DNA from: Trypanosoma brucei
Taxonomy: Eukaryota
DNA: 64,000 nt
NCBI GenBank assembly: GCA_000002445.1
Contig: AL929603.2
Coordinates: 704,001 to 768,000 of the forward strand
Direction: 5' to 3'
Notes under the pieces: model-generated
The model's input: the letters and a program-made list of their open reading frames with translations, nothing else
Told to the model about the DNA's origin: nothing
Databases searched by the model: none
Shown here: piece after piece, positions 10,237 through 21,505 of the stretch
Position numbering within the stretch: the stretch's first letter is position 1
Layout: the number at the start of each line of letters is the position of its first letter
Made by a program: the position numbers and the translations under genes

Positions 10237-13203
10237 ATGGGATGTGCATGCATCCGCACGAAACCACCGCGGTTCAAGGGTTTTGTTGTTGACGCGTACC
10301 CAAGCGATAGAAAAAACGACAGCCCGGTGCAGGATACCCTCGGGAAACTGGAAAACTACGTGGCAAGCAACCCGGAGCGTATCCCACGCATATGCCGAAA
10401 GATATCCAAGCTCCTAGCACAGGATGAACGGCGAAAACACACGCAACGAATTCTCGTTGGGCTGAAAATGCTAAAAGAACTCATTGTGAACTCCAGTGAG
10501 GTGAGTGGATTTGTTCCCCACTCCATTGATATATGCGCCCGGCTGTTGAATCAACGGTACACGGCGGAAATACGCATTGCAGTGGCCGATGTGATTACAG
10601 CCCTGTGTTTCAAAGTTGTTGGTCACCACGATAGGGAACACTCATGCCATCTCCTTAACCACAGCAAAGACCGGCTCTTACCGCCGTTACTGCAGATGTG
10701 CATGGAGAGACTGACAGAGGTGCGCAAAAGTAGTGACGATTCAAAGGCAGAAGACGGTGGTGGTGGTTTTACCATGGAACTGATGCGCTGCCATCATGCG
10801 GGCGTCGTGGCACTGGGAAACCTTGCTTTTTGCCTGCAGGGTGCTCTTGCAAACAGTGTAAGAGGGGTGGAAACGGCCTTTTTGCTTAACCTTTTGCATG
10901 CGGTGTCTAATGGCGGCCCTGCGATGCAGGAGCAACAGTTCAACATGCTTCACGCACCCGATATGCATGAATTCAGCGCATCTACGAGTTACAATAGTAA
11001 CGGTGGCGCCGACGGGGGTCCATTCCGCAGTGTGTTGCTACCTGATGACAGAAATGAGTGCACAGCTGTGCGCATTGCCGCCGCTGCATGGGGAATTGGC
11101 GCTATTGCATCTTGTGTGCCGAGCGTCAATATACGTGCCTTCCTGCAGAGTGTTCAAAACTTTATCACCGTTCATCGTGTGTGGTCACCACCGCTCTTTC
11201 CCTGTGTTGTGTTCCGTTCGCTGACCCACGCGATGGAGCGCCGGCCACAGCGGCTTGGCTTCTGCGTATGCAAGTTTCTCCATGACTTCGGCAAAGAGAA
11301 GGCAGTGTCCACGAGCTCTGTAAGCAAGCGGGAAAGGGGAAAAGGGAAGAGAGGAATGATGGCTCAAAATACCGCAGGTGTGCTTTCAGGTGTCTTGCAG
11401 GCCTTGGTTGTGTGTGTGAGTGAAGTGCGAATGATTGGTCGAACACCACAAATTCTGATCGACGAGTGGCCAACTGACGCGGTGTTGATAGACTCGAGCC
11501 TTGTCGATGGGCCAGCAATGGAAATATTTGAATTACATCTCAAGTTGGTGTTGCGATTACTGCAGTGCGCATACAGGTGGCAAAACGCCCCTCAACTGCA
11601 CCAACTTCTGCTTAAACTTCTTTACTGCTTGCAGAGGGTGTTGTCGACCTCCACACAAGGCCCTGTGGTCACTGTGGCACTCCAAGCATTGGCGGAAGCG
11701 GCGTCATACATTCGGACAGTTCCGTTTGCCGACCGCAGCGAACTCTCCGCTGCCTCATTTATCGAGCCATACCTTCAAAGCAGTGGCAGCATGCGGCCAC
11801 ACATCGCACGGGTGCTTGCAGGGTTCCTTTCGGGTGCCCCTCCATCCGTTCATACGCCTCCGGACGAACTTGCGGGAGTTGTGAAGGGTCGGAAAGTGCG
11901 AGAGACGGCGGATTCATCCACTGAGCAACTGGAGGCGCACCAGTCGCCACTTTTGACAGACGGACGTGACGTCGCTACGGCTAAGGAATGGTTGCTCTCA
12001 GTTATTGGTAAAAGCAGGGATGACAATAGTGACGTCTCCGCAACGTGTGTTGTGGAAGTGGGGAGGGTTATGGGAGCCCTTCTGCAGGGGTGCGGAGCAG
12101 CAGAACTCAGTTTCGCGCTTGCGGTCGCTGATATGTTGCAGTCGTTTGCCTCAGACACTAAAAAAAATACGGATCTCCACGTGGCGTGGTCGCATCAGTC
12201 ACTCGTAATTCTTGTTAACTGCTCCATTTTTTGCGGTGCCCCGCAGTTATATCGGTATGCTACAGAACTTCTTGAGCAACGCCACAATGCCGGGGAGCTT
12301 TCCACACATTTTTGCCACAATACTGAAGGCGATACGATACGACTCATGCGTCCAAAGCATGGCAGCCAACAGGAAGGAGGACAAGCCAACTTACAGCCAC
12401 TACGCACACAACCGATGGATGAGCCACCGGTGACAATCCGCGTCGACATGGATGTTGTCATCAATATGGTTGCTGAATATGCAACTGAAGAACTAATGAG
12501 TGCGTTACGCTTCCCTCCGCAAGACAACAGGGCATCAAAAAAAAATACAACCGCAGTCGCGGATAGACTGAAGGCGGCGGTAGCAGACGCCTCCTCAGCC
12601 GTACGGCATTCTAAGCAGAGCGTTGAGCCACGACAACATCAACAAAAGGGCGGTCAATCTACGGTAACAGCGGGAGCACAGCGGGATGCATGGGTGTTTT
12701 ATCCCGGCATACTTGACGTACCAGCACCTGAAGCCGATGGCAAGAGTCAAGCAAGTGAGTGTGGTCCCAGACTCTCTGTGATAGTTGATAGTGAAAAGAT
12801 ACCTGCTCAGGATTCAGCTGAAACAACGCATGGTGTAGGCGGGCAACCGTTGTTTGTTCTGCCGGTACGGGAGCGTATTGCAGAACTGCTTGCAAGGCAT
12901 AATGTTGGGCCAACCACAACATTAATACCTCCGGGCTCCAATTTCACACCACTTCCCCTTCCGTTGGGTGTACGATCACTTCATGTGGACCCGACGGCTG
13001 ACGGCATGCCCGCTGAGGAGCCGGCCCCACAGTCCCGTGCCACTAACGAAAGGAGAGTAAAGCAACATGAATTCAGCAACGGCGGCTGGAAACGCCACAT
13101 GCCAACGAGTAGCAATGGTAGCAAAGTTGTCCACGGTGACAGTGCGGGGAGCGATGACGCTGACGGAGCGTCTTTCAGTTCAATTAGTGCGTCAAGTGTC
13201 TGA
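10237..13203 (+). CDS. EFR3: EFR3-like protein, a putative plasma-membrane scaffold for PI4-kinase III-alpha, with an N-terminal MGCAC acylation motif
   Basis: N-terminus MGCACIRTKPPRFKGFVVDAYPSDRKND...KLENYVASNPERIPRICRKISKLL aligns block by block with metazoan and yeast EFR3 (MGCCCSALRPRYKRLVDNIFPEDP...KLTFYAVSAPEKLDRIGSYL). The Cys cluster after Met-Gly is typical of a palmitoylation site. The ATG at 10237 is preceded by a polyY tract and AG at about 10201-10222. The rest of the protein is helical-repeat-like. Confidence 0.7.
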   Translation: MGCACIRTKPPRFKGFVVDAYPSDRKNDSPVQDTLGKLENYVASNPERIPRICRKISKLLAQDERRKHTQRILVGLKMLKELIVNSSEVSGFVPHSIDICARLLNQRYTAEIRIAVADVITALCFKVVGHHDREHSCHLLNHSKDRLLPPLLQMCMERLTEVRKSSDDSKAEDGGGGFTMELMRCHHAGVVALGNLAFCLQGALANSVRGVETAFLLNLLHAVSNGGPAMQEQQFNMLHAPDMHEFSASTSYNSNGGADGGPFRSVLLPDDRNECTAVRIAAAAWGIGAIASCVPSVNIRAFLQSVQNFITVHRVWSPPLFPCVVFRSLTHAMERRPQRLGFCVCKFLHDFGKEKAVSTSSVSKRERGKGKRGMMAQNTAGVLSGVLQALVVCVSEVRMIGRTPQILIDEWPTDAVLIDSSLVDGPAMEIFELHLKLVLRLLQCAYRWQNAPQLHQLLLKLLYCLQRVLSTSTQGPVVTVALQALAEAASYIRTVPFADRSELSAASFIEPYLQSSGSMRPHIARVLAGFLSGAPPSVHTPPDELAGVVKGRKVRETADSSTEQLEAHQSPLLTDGRDVATAKEWLLSVIGKSRDDNSDVSATCVVEVGRVMGALLQGCGAAELSFALAVADMLQSFASDTKKNTDLHVAWSHQSLVILVNCSIFCGAPQLYRYATELLEQRHNAGELSTHFCHNTEGDTIRLMRPKHGSQQEGGQANLQPLRTQPMDEPPVTIRVDMDVVINMVAEYATEELMSALRFPPQDNRASKKNTTAVADRLKAAVADASSAVRHSKQSVEPRQHQQKGGQSTVTAGAQRDAWVFYPGILDVPAPEADGKSQASECGPRLSVIVDSEKIPAQDSAETTHGVGGQPLFVLPVRERIAELLARHNVGPTTTLIPPGSNFTPLPLPLGVRSLHVDPTADGMPAEEPAPQSRATNERRVKQHEFSNGGWKRHMPTSSNGSKVVHGDSAGSDDADGASFSSISASSV

Positions 13204-13983
13204 TCCGTCAGAGCGCCTCGAAAAAAAAACTCAGGTGGGCGTCGTCTTTGTCAGTTGTTATTTCTGTTACTTTAATTTCTATCGTCAAACAGTGACAATC
13301 CCAATTCCTTTAGTCTGTGTGCCTTTATTTTCTTCCAGCTCGAACTACATGCACTTCCAAACAAGTAAATCTTGTTGCTGTGCAGTAAAGCGCCCGTGCT
13401 ATCCGATGCACGTGCTCGCAAGAGCTTTGCTTTTCGTGTTAGGGAATCGGCTCCCTGGTAAACACGTTAAATATATATATATATATATTTATATTAATAC
13501 ACATATTACCTCCCCTCCTACCTCTGCCAACGGCAAAAAGAAGTGTATAACGCGGTGTTTTTTCACGCTATTTATTATTTTTTTTCCCCCTTTCGGCACA
13601 AAGTATTTATTACACCTCTACTTTCTGTGCCTGTGCGATTTTCTCCTTTCTTTGTGTGCGTGTGCGTGGTGTTTCACCTTTTGGGTGCACTGCCCCTATG
13701 CCAGACACATGAACGAACACACAAACACACCACTGTCGATACGTGTTGCACAATGGCGTCCTTTGGGCACCAATTTCTTCTTACTTATTTATCACTTCTT
13801 CTCTTCATCATATCCCCCTTCTTTCGTTACCCGCATGTATTATTCATTAGGTTGATAAGGGGGGTTAGGGTTAGGTCGAAGGGGAAAAAAGAAAAAAAAA
13901 CGGTAGCTTTCAAAGGGGGAAACACTCAACGCCAGCAAACAAAGTTACACCAACAGCGAGCGAAACGGGTAAAGTGAAACATC

Positions 13984-16602
13984 ATGTCGTTGGGTACGCC
14001 ATGTGGGCCATTGGACGGCGAGAGGGCTTCCATCGATCTTCAGCACTGCAACGCGGACGGTGAGGCGGCGGCGCTGATTCAACCAACAGTGACGGAAGGC
14101 CTACCCGTCGCCTGCGCTTTCACAATAACAAACTATCGTTTTACTATACGCGAGTTACCCAGTAGCAACGAGAAGGATAAGGACGAACACGGCAAATGTG
14201 AAGGCCTTCACTTCTCCATGCCGTTGCTTTCAATTGAATCGTGGAGTGCACCGCGTGTGGCAATGACGGCGGCACTCCGCGCCGTGTTCCAGCAGGGCCG
14301 CGGGCAAACAATACCCGAGGCGGATACGGGCGTAGCGGAAGCGTCGGCAGCTTCCAAAGGGGGAGCGGAACTACCGGCGTACAAGCTGAAGATTTGCACA
14401 AAACATCTTTGGGATGTGGAGCTTCTGCTACAGGGAAAACGCATGGAGGGTACTGGAAGGAGTTTAGAGGCACTTCGCGTTGTCCAGCATCTGAAGGATA
14501 TGCCAGCCTTTGAACTCTATGCAAAGAGATACAAGGGCCGCCCTGAAGTTGAAGACCCAAGCGGCGATGCTGGACACAACCATGAAGGAGGCAGCGGCGG
14601 CAACGCGGATGAGGATCTTATCAATTCTGTTGAGTTTGGCTGGAACTTGTACAATGAGGACCGGGAACTGGAGCGGCAGTTGTGTCTTTCTCCGGGTAGT
14701 GAAATACCAAGCGTTAGCGATACACAACGGGCGGGGCCGATGCGAGACCTGCGCCCATGGTTTCGGCTTACGCGAGTTCAACAGCCGCTTAATAGGTACG
14801 GTAGGACACCAACGTATCCTTTCCGTATCGTAGTGCCCAATGCTGCCAGTGATGAACTGCTATTAGATGTTATGTCGGCCCGTTCACGCGCACGCATTCC
14901 GGCGGTGTCGTTTGTTTACCTCCGCAATGGCGCCGCATTAGCTCGTTGCTCACAGCCACTCACGCGCTCGTCGTTGATGCGCGCCGACGGCGAGTTGTGC
15001 AGCATGTTGACTAACGACTACACCGAACATAATGCTGCGCCCAATCAAGATATGAGCAAAACCCGTGCTGCTGCAGCAGCCGTGGTGGAAACTGTGGCAC
15101 AAACCTCCACAAAACCTCCGCCACCCCTATTCGACACGGACGTAGAAGAGGGGAAGACATCGGGAAAAGAAACTTGCGGTTCCTCCCCTGTTAATCAGCA
15201 GCAGGAGGATTTGCCACGGCGGCAGCGGACACTCGTAGTTATGGATTGTCGCCCGTATTCTGCAGCGCTGGGTAATGCTAACTTAGGTGGCGGATATGAA
15301 AACGGTTCCACGCACTACTTTTGTGACGTGAGGTTTGGTAACATTGAAAATATTCATGCCGTCAGTAAGTCCTTTGCAAAGTTGAAGGAGCTCATTCAGC
15401 GGTTCAGCGGAACGGAACCGAAAAGTGGCTTCCTTCAAAAGTTGCATGAAACCAAATGGCTCCAGCATATACAGAATGTGATGCAGTGCTCGAATAACAT
15501 TGCGGATTCGCTTGAGCGTGGTGAGTCTTGCCTCGTACATTGCACGGATGGCTGGGATCGCACCCCGCAGACTGTCGCGACCGCAATGCTCCTGTTGGAT
15601 CCTTTTTACAGAACCATTGTGGGGTTCTGTGTGTTAGTGGAAAAGGAATTTTGTTCGATGGGCCATAAGTTTGCTGAGCGTTGCAGTCACCAAGTGAAGG
15701 GAGACACGGTTTATGTCTTGGACCCTGGTGTTTCAGCGTCAGACACGGAAGCGCAACCTCCAAGCCAACAACAACATCAGCAGCAGCAGCAACTTCAGCC
15801 CTCACCCATCTTTGTGCAGTGGATGGATGTAGTGTTTCAAATTGTGAGGCAATTCCCGCGTCGCTTCGAATTCACCCCGCGGCTGCTGGAATATCTGAGC
15901 ACTGAGGTTTATGCCTGTCTTCATGGAACGTTTCTCTGCAACGGGGAAAAGGAACGAATGTTTGAGGGAGTTCGCTTGAACACAGCCTCCATATGGACTG
16001 ATATTGTGCGGACTGCATTGAGGGAACGGGAGGGAAAAGCACCGCTTTACTTTGTTAACCCCGCATATGACTCAGCGGCGGCGTGGGAATTCATATCAAA
16101 GAGGAAAGGATGTGGTATCAATCGCATCTCCCCCAATTGCAGTAGCAAGCGCATTGTATTTTGGGAATCCTTTTATTTGCGCCATGATGGTGACACCGGC
16201 AGCACCGAGTTGCTCGATGCATTGGCATACGAACACATGCACCAAAAAAGGGGTACCACAACACCTGTCGGAGTTAAGTTTCATGAGGAATGGGAAAAAT
16301 ATTTTAATGACCTCATCCGTGAGGCCTGTGAAGCCCGAAAACGGGAGGTGGTTGAAATGAGGAACCTTCAACAAAATCTCGAAGTGCAGCGCCCTCCCCA
16401 AGGCGTGGATTCAACTTCACGGTCAAGTGGTCCGAAAATGTGTCATTGGTGTCATAAAACTTTCGGTTTGCTTAGTAAATTCACTACTGTGCGGTGTAGT
16501 CACTGTGGACACATCCATTGTAGTGACTGTATGGAAACTGAAGTTAAGGGCAAAAAACTCTGCCGTAGTTGCTATAGTGCACACAAGTTAAATAGTGCAT
16601 AG
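13984..16602 (+). CDS. Myotubularin-family phosphoinositide 3-phosphatase with a C-terminal FYVE-type zinc finger (MTMR3/MTMR4-like architecture)
   Basis: Active-site loop VHCTDGWDRTPQ fits the CX5R signature and SDGWDRT of myotubularins. The C-terminus CHWCHKTFGLL...RCSHCGHIHCSDCM...CRSCY matches the FYVE pattern of cysteine and histidine spacing. An internal polyQ run (QQQHQQQQQLQ) lies at about 15770-15805. Confidence 0.85.
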   Translation: MSLGTPCGPLDGERASIDLQHCNADGEAAALIQPTVTEGLPVACAFTITNYRFTIRELPSSNEKDKDEHGKCEGLHFSMPLLSIESWSAPRVAMTAALRAVFQQGRGQTIPEADTGVAEASAASKGGAELPAYKLKICTKHLWDVELLLQGKRMEGTGRSLEALRVVQHLKDMPAFELYAKRYKGRPEVEDPSGDAGHNHEGGSGGNADEDLINSVEFGWNLYNEDRELERQLCLSPGSEIPSVSDTQRAGPMRDLRPWFRLTRVQQPLNRYGRTPTYPFRIVVPNAASDELLLDVMSARSRARIPAVSFVYLRNGAALARCSQPLTRSSLMRADGELCSMLTNDYTEHNAAPNQDMSKTRAAAAAVVETVAQTSTKPPPPLFDTDVEEGKTSGKETCGSSPVNQQQEDLPRRQRTLVVMDCRPYSAALGNANLGGGYENGSTHYFCDVRFGNIENIHAVSKSFAKLKELIQRFSGTEPKSGFLQKLHETKWLQHIQNVMQCSNNIADSLERGESCLVHCTDGWDRTPQTVATAMLLLDPFYRTIVGFCVLVEKEFCSMGHKFAERCSHQVKGDTVYVLDPGVSASDTEAQPPSQQQHQQQQQLQPSPIFVQWMDVVFQIVRQFPRRFEFTPRLLEYLSTEVYACLHGTFLCNGEKERMFEGVRLNTASIWTDIVRTALREREGKAPLYFVNPAYDSAAAWEFISKRKGCGINRISPNCSSKRIVFWESFYLRHDGDTGSTELLDALAYEHMHQKRGTTTPVGVKFHEEWEKYFNDLIREACEARKREVVEMRNLQQNLEVQRPPQGVDSTSRSSGPKMCHWCHKTFGLLSKFTTVRCSHCGHIHCSDCMETEVKGKKLCRSCYSAHKLNSA

Positions 16603-18221
16603 AAAGCTCTTTTTTTTTTCCCCTCTCTCTATCTCTATCTCTTTCTCCCTCTTTTTCAAAATAAAATAAAATAAAATAAAAATATAAGTGTGTGAGGAGG
16701 GCGACGAGGAGAAGAGAGTGAGGGGAACAAAAGAAAGGAAGAAGGGGGAAAAAAACGAACAGGGAATTGTGAAATGAGTTGATAAATAAATCGAGAGAAA
16801 AAAAAACAGCATCAACAGGATGGGAAAGAAAAAGAAAGAATTATTTAATTGATCATTTAATTAATCATTTAATTAATTTCAAGAAGGAAAAAAACTGAAT
16901 CATGTTTGTTGAAGAGGGCAACAGAAAAGGAAGGGGAAAATAATGGTAATAACAATGCAAAAGAAGAAGGATTAAGAAGGAGCAGCAACGGTAAAGGGAC
17001 TGTGATAATGGTGCAAGGAAGGAAAAAAGAAAGGCGAAAAGGGGATGAGGAATATGCTTTTGTGTACTTTTACTTTGTTTTGTTTTGTTTCTTAAAGCGG
17101 AATTTAGGAACATTTGTGTCTCTAAAGAAACTTCACACGCACACGTACACACGTATATATACATTTATATGTAAATAAATACACATGTATGTATGTGTGA
17201 AGGAAATGCATTTAAATCTTCACTTCCCCCTTTTTCCTCCTCTTTTTTTTTGTTTCTTCCCTTCATTCTCAACTTATCTTTTTATATTCCCTTCCCGCCC
17301 GCGTTTTCACTCCATTGCTTTGAAAAGGATGTGCGCACATCCGCTCCCATATATATATATATATATTTGTACATATTCGTATTCATGTATTTTGTAATTT
17401 ACTGGACAGGCTGGAAAGTAAATTCTTTTCTGTTTCCATTTTGTTTTGTTGTTTAATTTTTTTTTCTTTTTTGTATTCCGTTTTTTTTTTCGTTGTTGTC
17501 GTTGGCGTTGTGGCTCTGGTTGCTCTGTTTTCCTGTAGGTGCTGTTACTGAAATTATTAGCGATGCCAAATATTTGAGACTCCCTTTTCCTGCACATGCA
17601 ATATGCAACATGCACAGGCTTACGTGAGTAAAGTGTAAATCATTATTTTCTTCTTTATATGTGGAGAAAAAAAAATTTAATGGATTTTCAAAAAAAAAGG
17701 AAAAATACGTTTAAATCCGGATATTTCTCCCCTTCTTTTTTTTTGCATTTCTTTTCCGTTTTGTCATACATACGAGAAAGTAAAAGGAAGACCAAGAGAA
17801 GACCAAAAAGGAAAAAATATATAGGATCTAAGTAAATAAAAGAAAAAGTTTTTGCTCATTACCACCAAAATATAACAAGAGTAAATAAAAGAGAGAAATT
17901 ATTCGGTACAAGCATTTCATTTTATAGATTTTCGCATAAACATCATATCGCAATCCAAGAAAAAAAGAGAGAGATAAAGAGGAATATATATATATATATA
18001 TATATACAAACATAAAGACGGAAAAGTAAAAAAAAAAGAAAAAAAAAGAGCAACAACAACAATATAGCACTCAAGGAGAACAAGCACATTAATTAATCAA
18101 CTGAGGAAGGCACGAGTGCGACCCAGAGGTTACACATACAAAAAAGAGGGAAAAGAACATAAACAAACAAAAATATAAGGAGAAGAGACAGAGAAACAAA
18201 AGGAAATAAATAAATAAATAA

Positions 18222-18980
18222 ATGGAAGAAGTACTCGATAACAAAGAGACCAACTTTGAAGCTGCAAATAATACCGGCAGCGAATGTGATGTAAGTTCCT
18301 GCGGCTCAAATAATGGCGTTGATGAGCATCGGAACCGAGTGGTGGCGCTGCGACCCGCTGATGCTCTCGACGCCCCGCTGCACTTAACGGAAATTCCCAA
18401 ACAATTCCTTTTGGAGCCCGGAGCGGCGGGAGTTGGAGTTGGAATTGGAACCCGTCAGTTGGTTCTAAAAGACAAAACGGAAGCGGCGCAACGCTCATGG
18501 CCTCGTTTTCGCGTCCCTGTTGATCGACCGCTTCCCCGAGCCGTATGGTCCCCGAGTTGTCGCCGCCGTCGCCCATCACAAGTGGAAAGTTATCTGGCAC
18601 CTCTTTTTACAGCGAGTGGTAATGAAGAAGAAAAAGCCACTTTATCATTTCTTCATCCCCCGGAAGGTAACCCACGGCAGGTGGTGGAGGAACGTAAAAG
18701 GCAGGAAATGTCACAAAGGTGGGTGGATGCTGAAGGAAATCCCCGCCTGTCAGTGGCGGAGGTTCCCATACGCGTACCAAACCTTAAAAAAAAGGTACCA
18801 AAAGATTTTGTCCCTCAATGCGCCCTTGTCTTTACGCAGTCGCGTATGGCTGAAGTGGAGGAGACGCGAAAGCGACAGGCGGAAATCGCGGAATTGTCGA
18901 GTAAACGGCTTTCAAGACAAATGAGGGACGATCGCTTCTCAGAGGAGCGACATGAGGAGGAAAACACACCAATGGCGTAA
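18222..18980 (+). CDS. Hypothetical protein, 252 aa, charged and Arg/Glu-rich at the C-terminus
   Basis: The ORF occupies the gap between two plus-strand array genes and has non-repetitive composition. An (AAAT)5 repeat abuts the ATG. An alternative-frame ORF (18520-18924) overlaps it. No family recognised. Confidence 0.45.
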   Translation: MEEVLDNKETNFEAANNTGSECDVSSCGSNNGVDEHRNRVVALRPADALDAPLHLTEIPKQFLLEPGAAGVGVGIGTRQLVLKDKTEAAQRSWPRFRVPVDRPLPRAVWSPSCRRRRPSQVESYLAPLFTASGNEEEKATLSFLHPPEGNPRQVVEERKRQEMSQRWVDAEGNPRLSVAEVPIRVPNLKKKVPKDFVPQCALVFTQSRMAEVEETRKRQAEIAELSSKRLSRQMRDDRFSEERHEEENTPMA

Positions 18981-19641
18981 GTTGTTGCTGGCGGTTGTTT
19001 TGTTTTTGTTTTTGTTTTTGTTTTGGTGTGTGTGTTGGTGTTGGTGTTGGTGGTGTTTCTGTTGGTGGATGAAAGAGGAGAGGAAGAGGAACGTGTATTA
19101 TCTTGTTTTTGAGCCGGTGTTCTCTTGTCTAATGGTAAGTAAAAAAACAAAAACAAAAAAGGACCTGTGGAAAAGGCGTAATGCCTTCCTATTATACATA
19201 CTGACAAGCTTAACGAAAAAAAAAGAAAAGAAAAGAAGGATCTCAGAATGAGGGTTAGTTAAGGTGTATATGTATATATTTTTATATTTTTTTTTCTTTT
19301 GTATTTTTCCATGATAGTTTCATATATCAGGAGTGGCATGTATGTATGTACGTACGAATGAATGAATGAATGTATGTGAGTAAAAGGGGGGGAGGGGAAA
19401 AAGAAAAAAAGAAAAGATGATGCAACGGTGCGTGGATGTGTCGATGCAGTGTTTGAGTTTTGTTTATATAGGTGCCTGTACGTGTGTTCAAAACGCAAGA
19501 TTAGCAGATAATTGATATGCGCGCACAAACACATTTGCATTTACTCATATTCACGTGGCTCGGTGTGCATTGCACTTATTACACATTTATTTATGTTCGT
19601 AAAAGGCATGGACTCATGCGAACTTTGTAACGCTGTCAACG

Positions 19642-19646
<5 letters not shown>

Positions 19647-19674
<28 letters not shown>
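19647..19674. repeat. (TA)14 microsatellite in an intergenic region
   Basis: Read directly from the sequence. Confidence 0.95.
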
Positions 19675-20455
19675 TCCACTTCTTTTTATTATTTTTCTCT
19701 TTTCTTGTCTTTTGTCTTTTACATTTCAAAAGGGAAGGAAAGTGTGAAGACAGTATGGAGTCAAGTCACTTTAAAAGGTGAGAAAGGATGAAACACGTGC
19801 AATTAAATTGCATATAATATACGAAATGCATATAATTTACATATTATATGAGCAACTGGAAGCAAAAAAAAAACGAAAAAAAAAAAGGCATCATCGCGAA
19901 TATTAAGTGCTTTGGAGATCGGACCGTTAAGACACGCGCAGGCGGGGTTCCCCAAAAGTTATCGGTGCCGTTTTTTTTTTTTTTTAATAAGAATAAAAAT
20001 AAATAAAATTTACCGGGTTCCGTCAATATTTCACAGTGGTGGTCTCCCGATTCGCGACCCGTGCGGGTGGCGCCGTTTTTCATAACAAAAACAAGTTTAA
20101 TGTGCAAAAGGCATTTAAAAAAGAAGGGGAAAAGGAAAAAAGCGGCTGAAAAAAAGCGAAGTGAAGTAAAGTTTTTATTACTATTGTCGCTGCTATCACT
20201 ATTATTATTATTATTACCATTGTAAAATGCCCCTGTTGCTACCTCGTCCATAAATATATGCTTAATGTTCACTTTGCATATCCATGAAGAGTTTGTTTGT
20301 TTTGTTTTGTCGAAACTGTTGGGCTATTCCGTACTGTGACAACAATGGAAACGGAAAAAGAACAACAACAATACTTCCAGGCTATTTACGTTTTCTAATG
20401 TTTCGTTTTGCCTTGCAAATATGTGAAAACGTGGGTTGGTTGAGGCCCCGGAAAG

Positions 20456-21505
20456 ATGTCGACATCAAAATCTGAAAAAGGTGAAGAAAGTTTTGCAGAG
20501 GGAGAAAGTAATAACGAAAGTGATGATGACAGTGGTAATGATGGCGGGCATGAAGCAAATAATAATAATAATAATTGCAACAATGGAAGTGCTGAGGCCT
20601 GCACAAAAGAAGAGACACCGGTGGCACGGAACGGGAATAATAGCGAATCCCCGCCACAACAAGAAGAGAAACCCGCCACCCAGTCCAGTATTCTTGCGCT
20701 TTCTTGGTGTTGGGGAATGGTGGATCTTTTAAGGCTGAAAAATTTCACAGAGTTAACAGAGGTGAATGTTAACAACTGTGTTGACCTCGCAACTCTAATG
20801 GGACTGAAATATTGCAAGAAATTGAAAAGACTTAATCTCCACAAGTGTACAAAACTACAAGACCTGTCGGAAGCGGGGAGTTGCTGGAGGTTGGAGACTT
20901 TGATTGTGTGCGAATGCGAGCGACTCGAAAATTTGAGAGGGTTGGGGGGTCATCAGAGATTATCGTGCGTCAGAATTTCCCGCTGTGGGATGCTCGCCGA
21001 GGTAAACCTCGACGGTACCGTAAAGCTCAAAAAATTGTCCATTGACGAATGCTGGGCACTGAAAGAGGTTTATGTAACAAGATGTAAAACATTAGAATCG
21101 GTTGCACTTGTCGACTGCAGCCGACTAAAGAGTTTGTGTGGGCTCGTCCACCTGGTGTCTCTAAAATCACTTAATCTGGAGGGGTGCATAAGCATCGCGG
21201 AAATCGGGACCTTGAACACAAATAATAAGTTGGAAAGACTCAACCTTGGAAATTGCTTTATGTTGACAGATATGGAATTTCTGAATCACTGCATGAAGCT
21301 GAAGAGAGTGGTGGCTCTGGGAGTCCCCATAGATGAAGTGGTGAAAAGTAATTTAAGGAATAGGGGCGTCAGAGTTATTGATGAAAACGATGTGGATGAA
21401 TCATACAAGTGTTACCAACGACAATATCTGGAACGGGCATCCGTTGCGGAAAAGTCGTTACAGTGGGAGGAAAATGTTAAGGAAATTCTCTCGTACCCTC
21501 GTTAA
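20456..21505 (+). CDS. Leucine-rich repeat protein (trypanosome LRRP/ESAG8-like LRR class) with an acidic Asn-rich N-terminus
   Basis: About 23-25-residue leucine-rich repeats recur: LxxLxLxxCxxLxDLSxxxxCxxLExLxVxxCxxLExLRGL, with CxxLxxL cores. A polyY tract lies upstream at about 20385-20430. This is the last gene of the plus-strand array. Confidence 0.8.
   Translation: MSTSKSEKGEESFAEGESNNESDDDSGNDGGHEANNNNNNCNNGSAEACTKEETPVARNGNNSESPPQQEEKPATQSSILALSWCWGMVDLLRLKNFTELTEVNVNNCVDLATLMGLKYCKKLKRLNLHKCTKLQDLSEAGSCWRLETLIVCECERLENLRGLGGHQRLSCVRISRCGMLAEVNLDGTVKLKKLSIDECWALKEVYVTRCKTLESVALVDCSRLKSLCGLVHLVSLKSLNLEGCISIAEIGTLNTNNKLERLNLGNCFMLTDMEFLNHCMKLKRVVALGVPIDEVVKSNLRNRGVRVIDENDVDESYKCYQRQYLERASVAEKSLQWEENVKEILSYPR

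Noticed and set aside
18520-18924. Possible dual-coding overlap of ORFs 18222-18980 and 18520-18924
   Set aside because: The second ORF is an alternate frame of the same strand with basic junk-like translation. There is no independent support.
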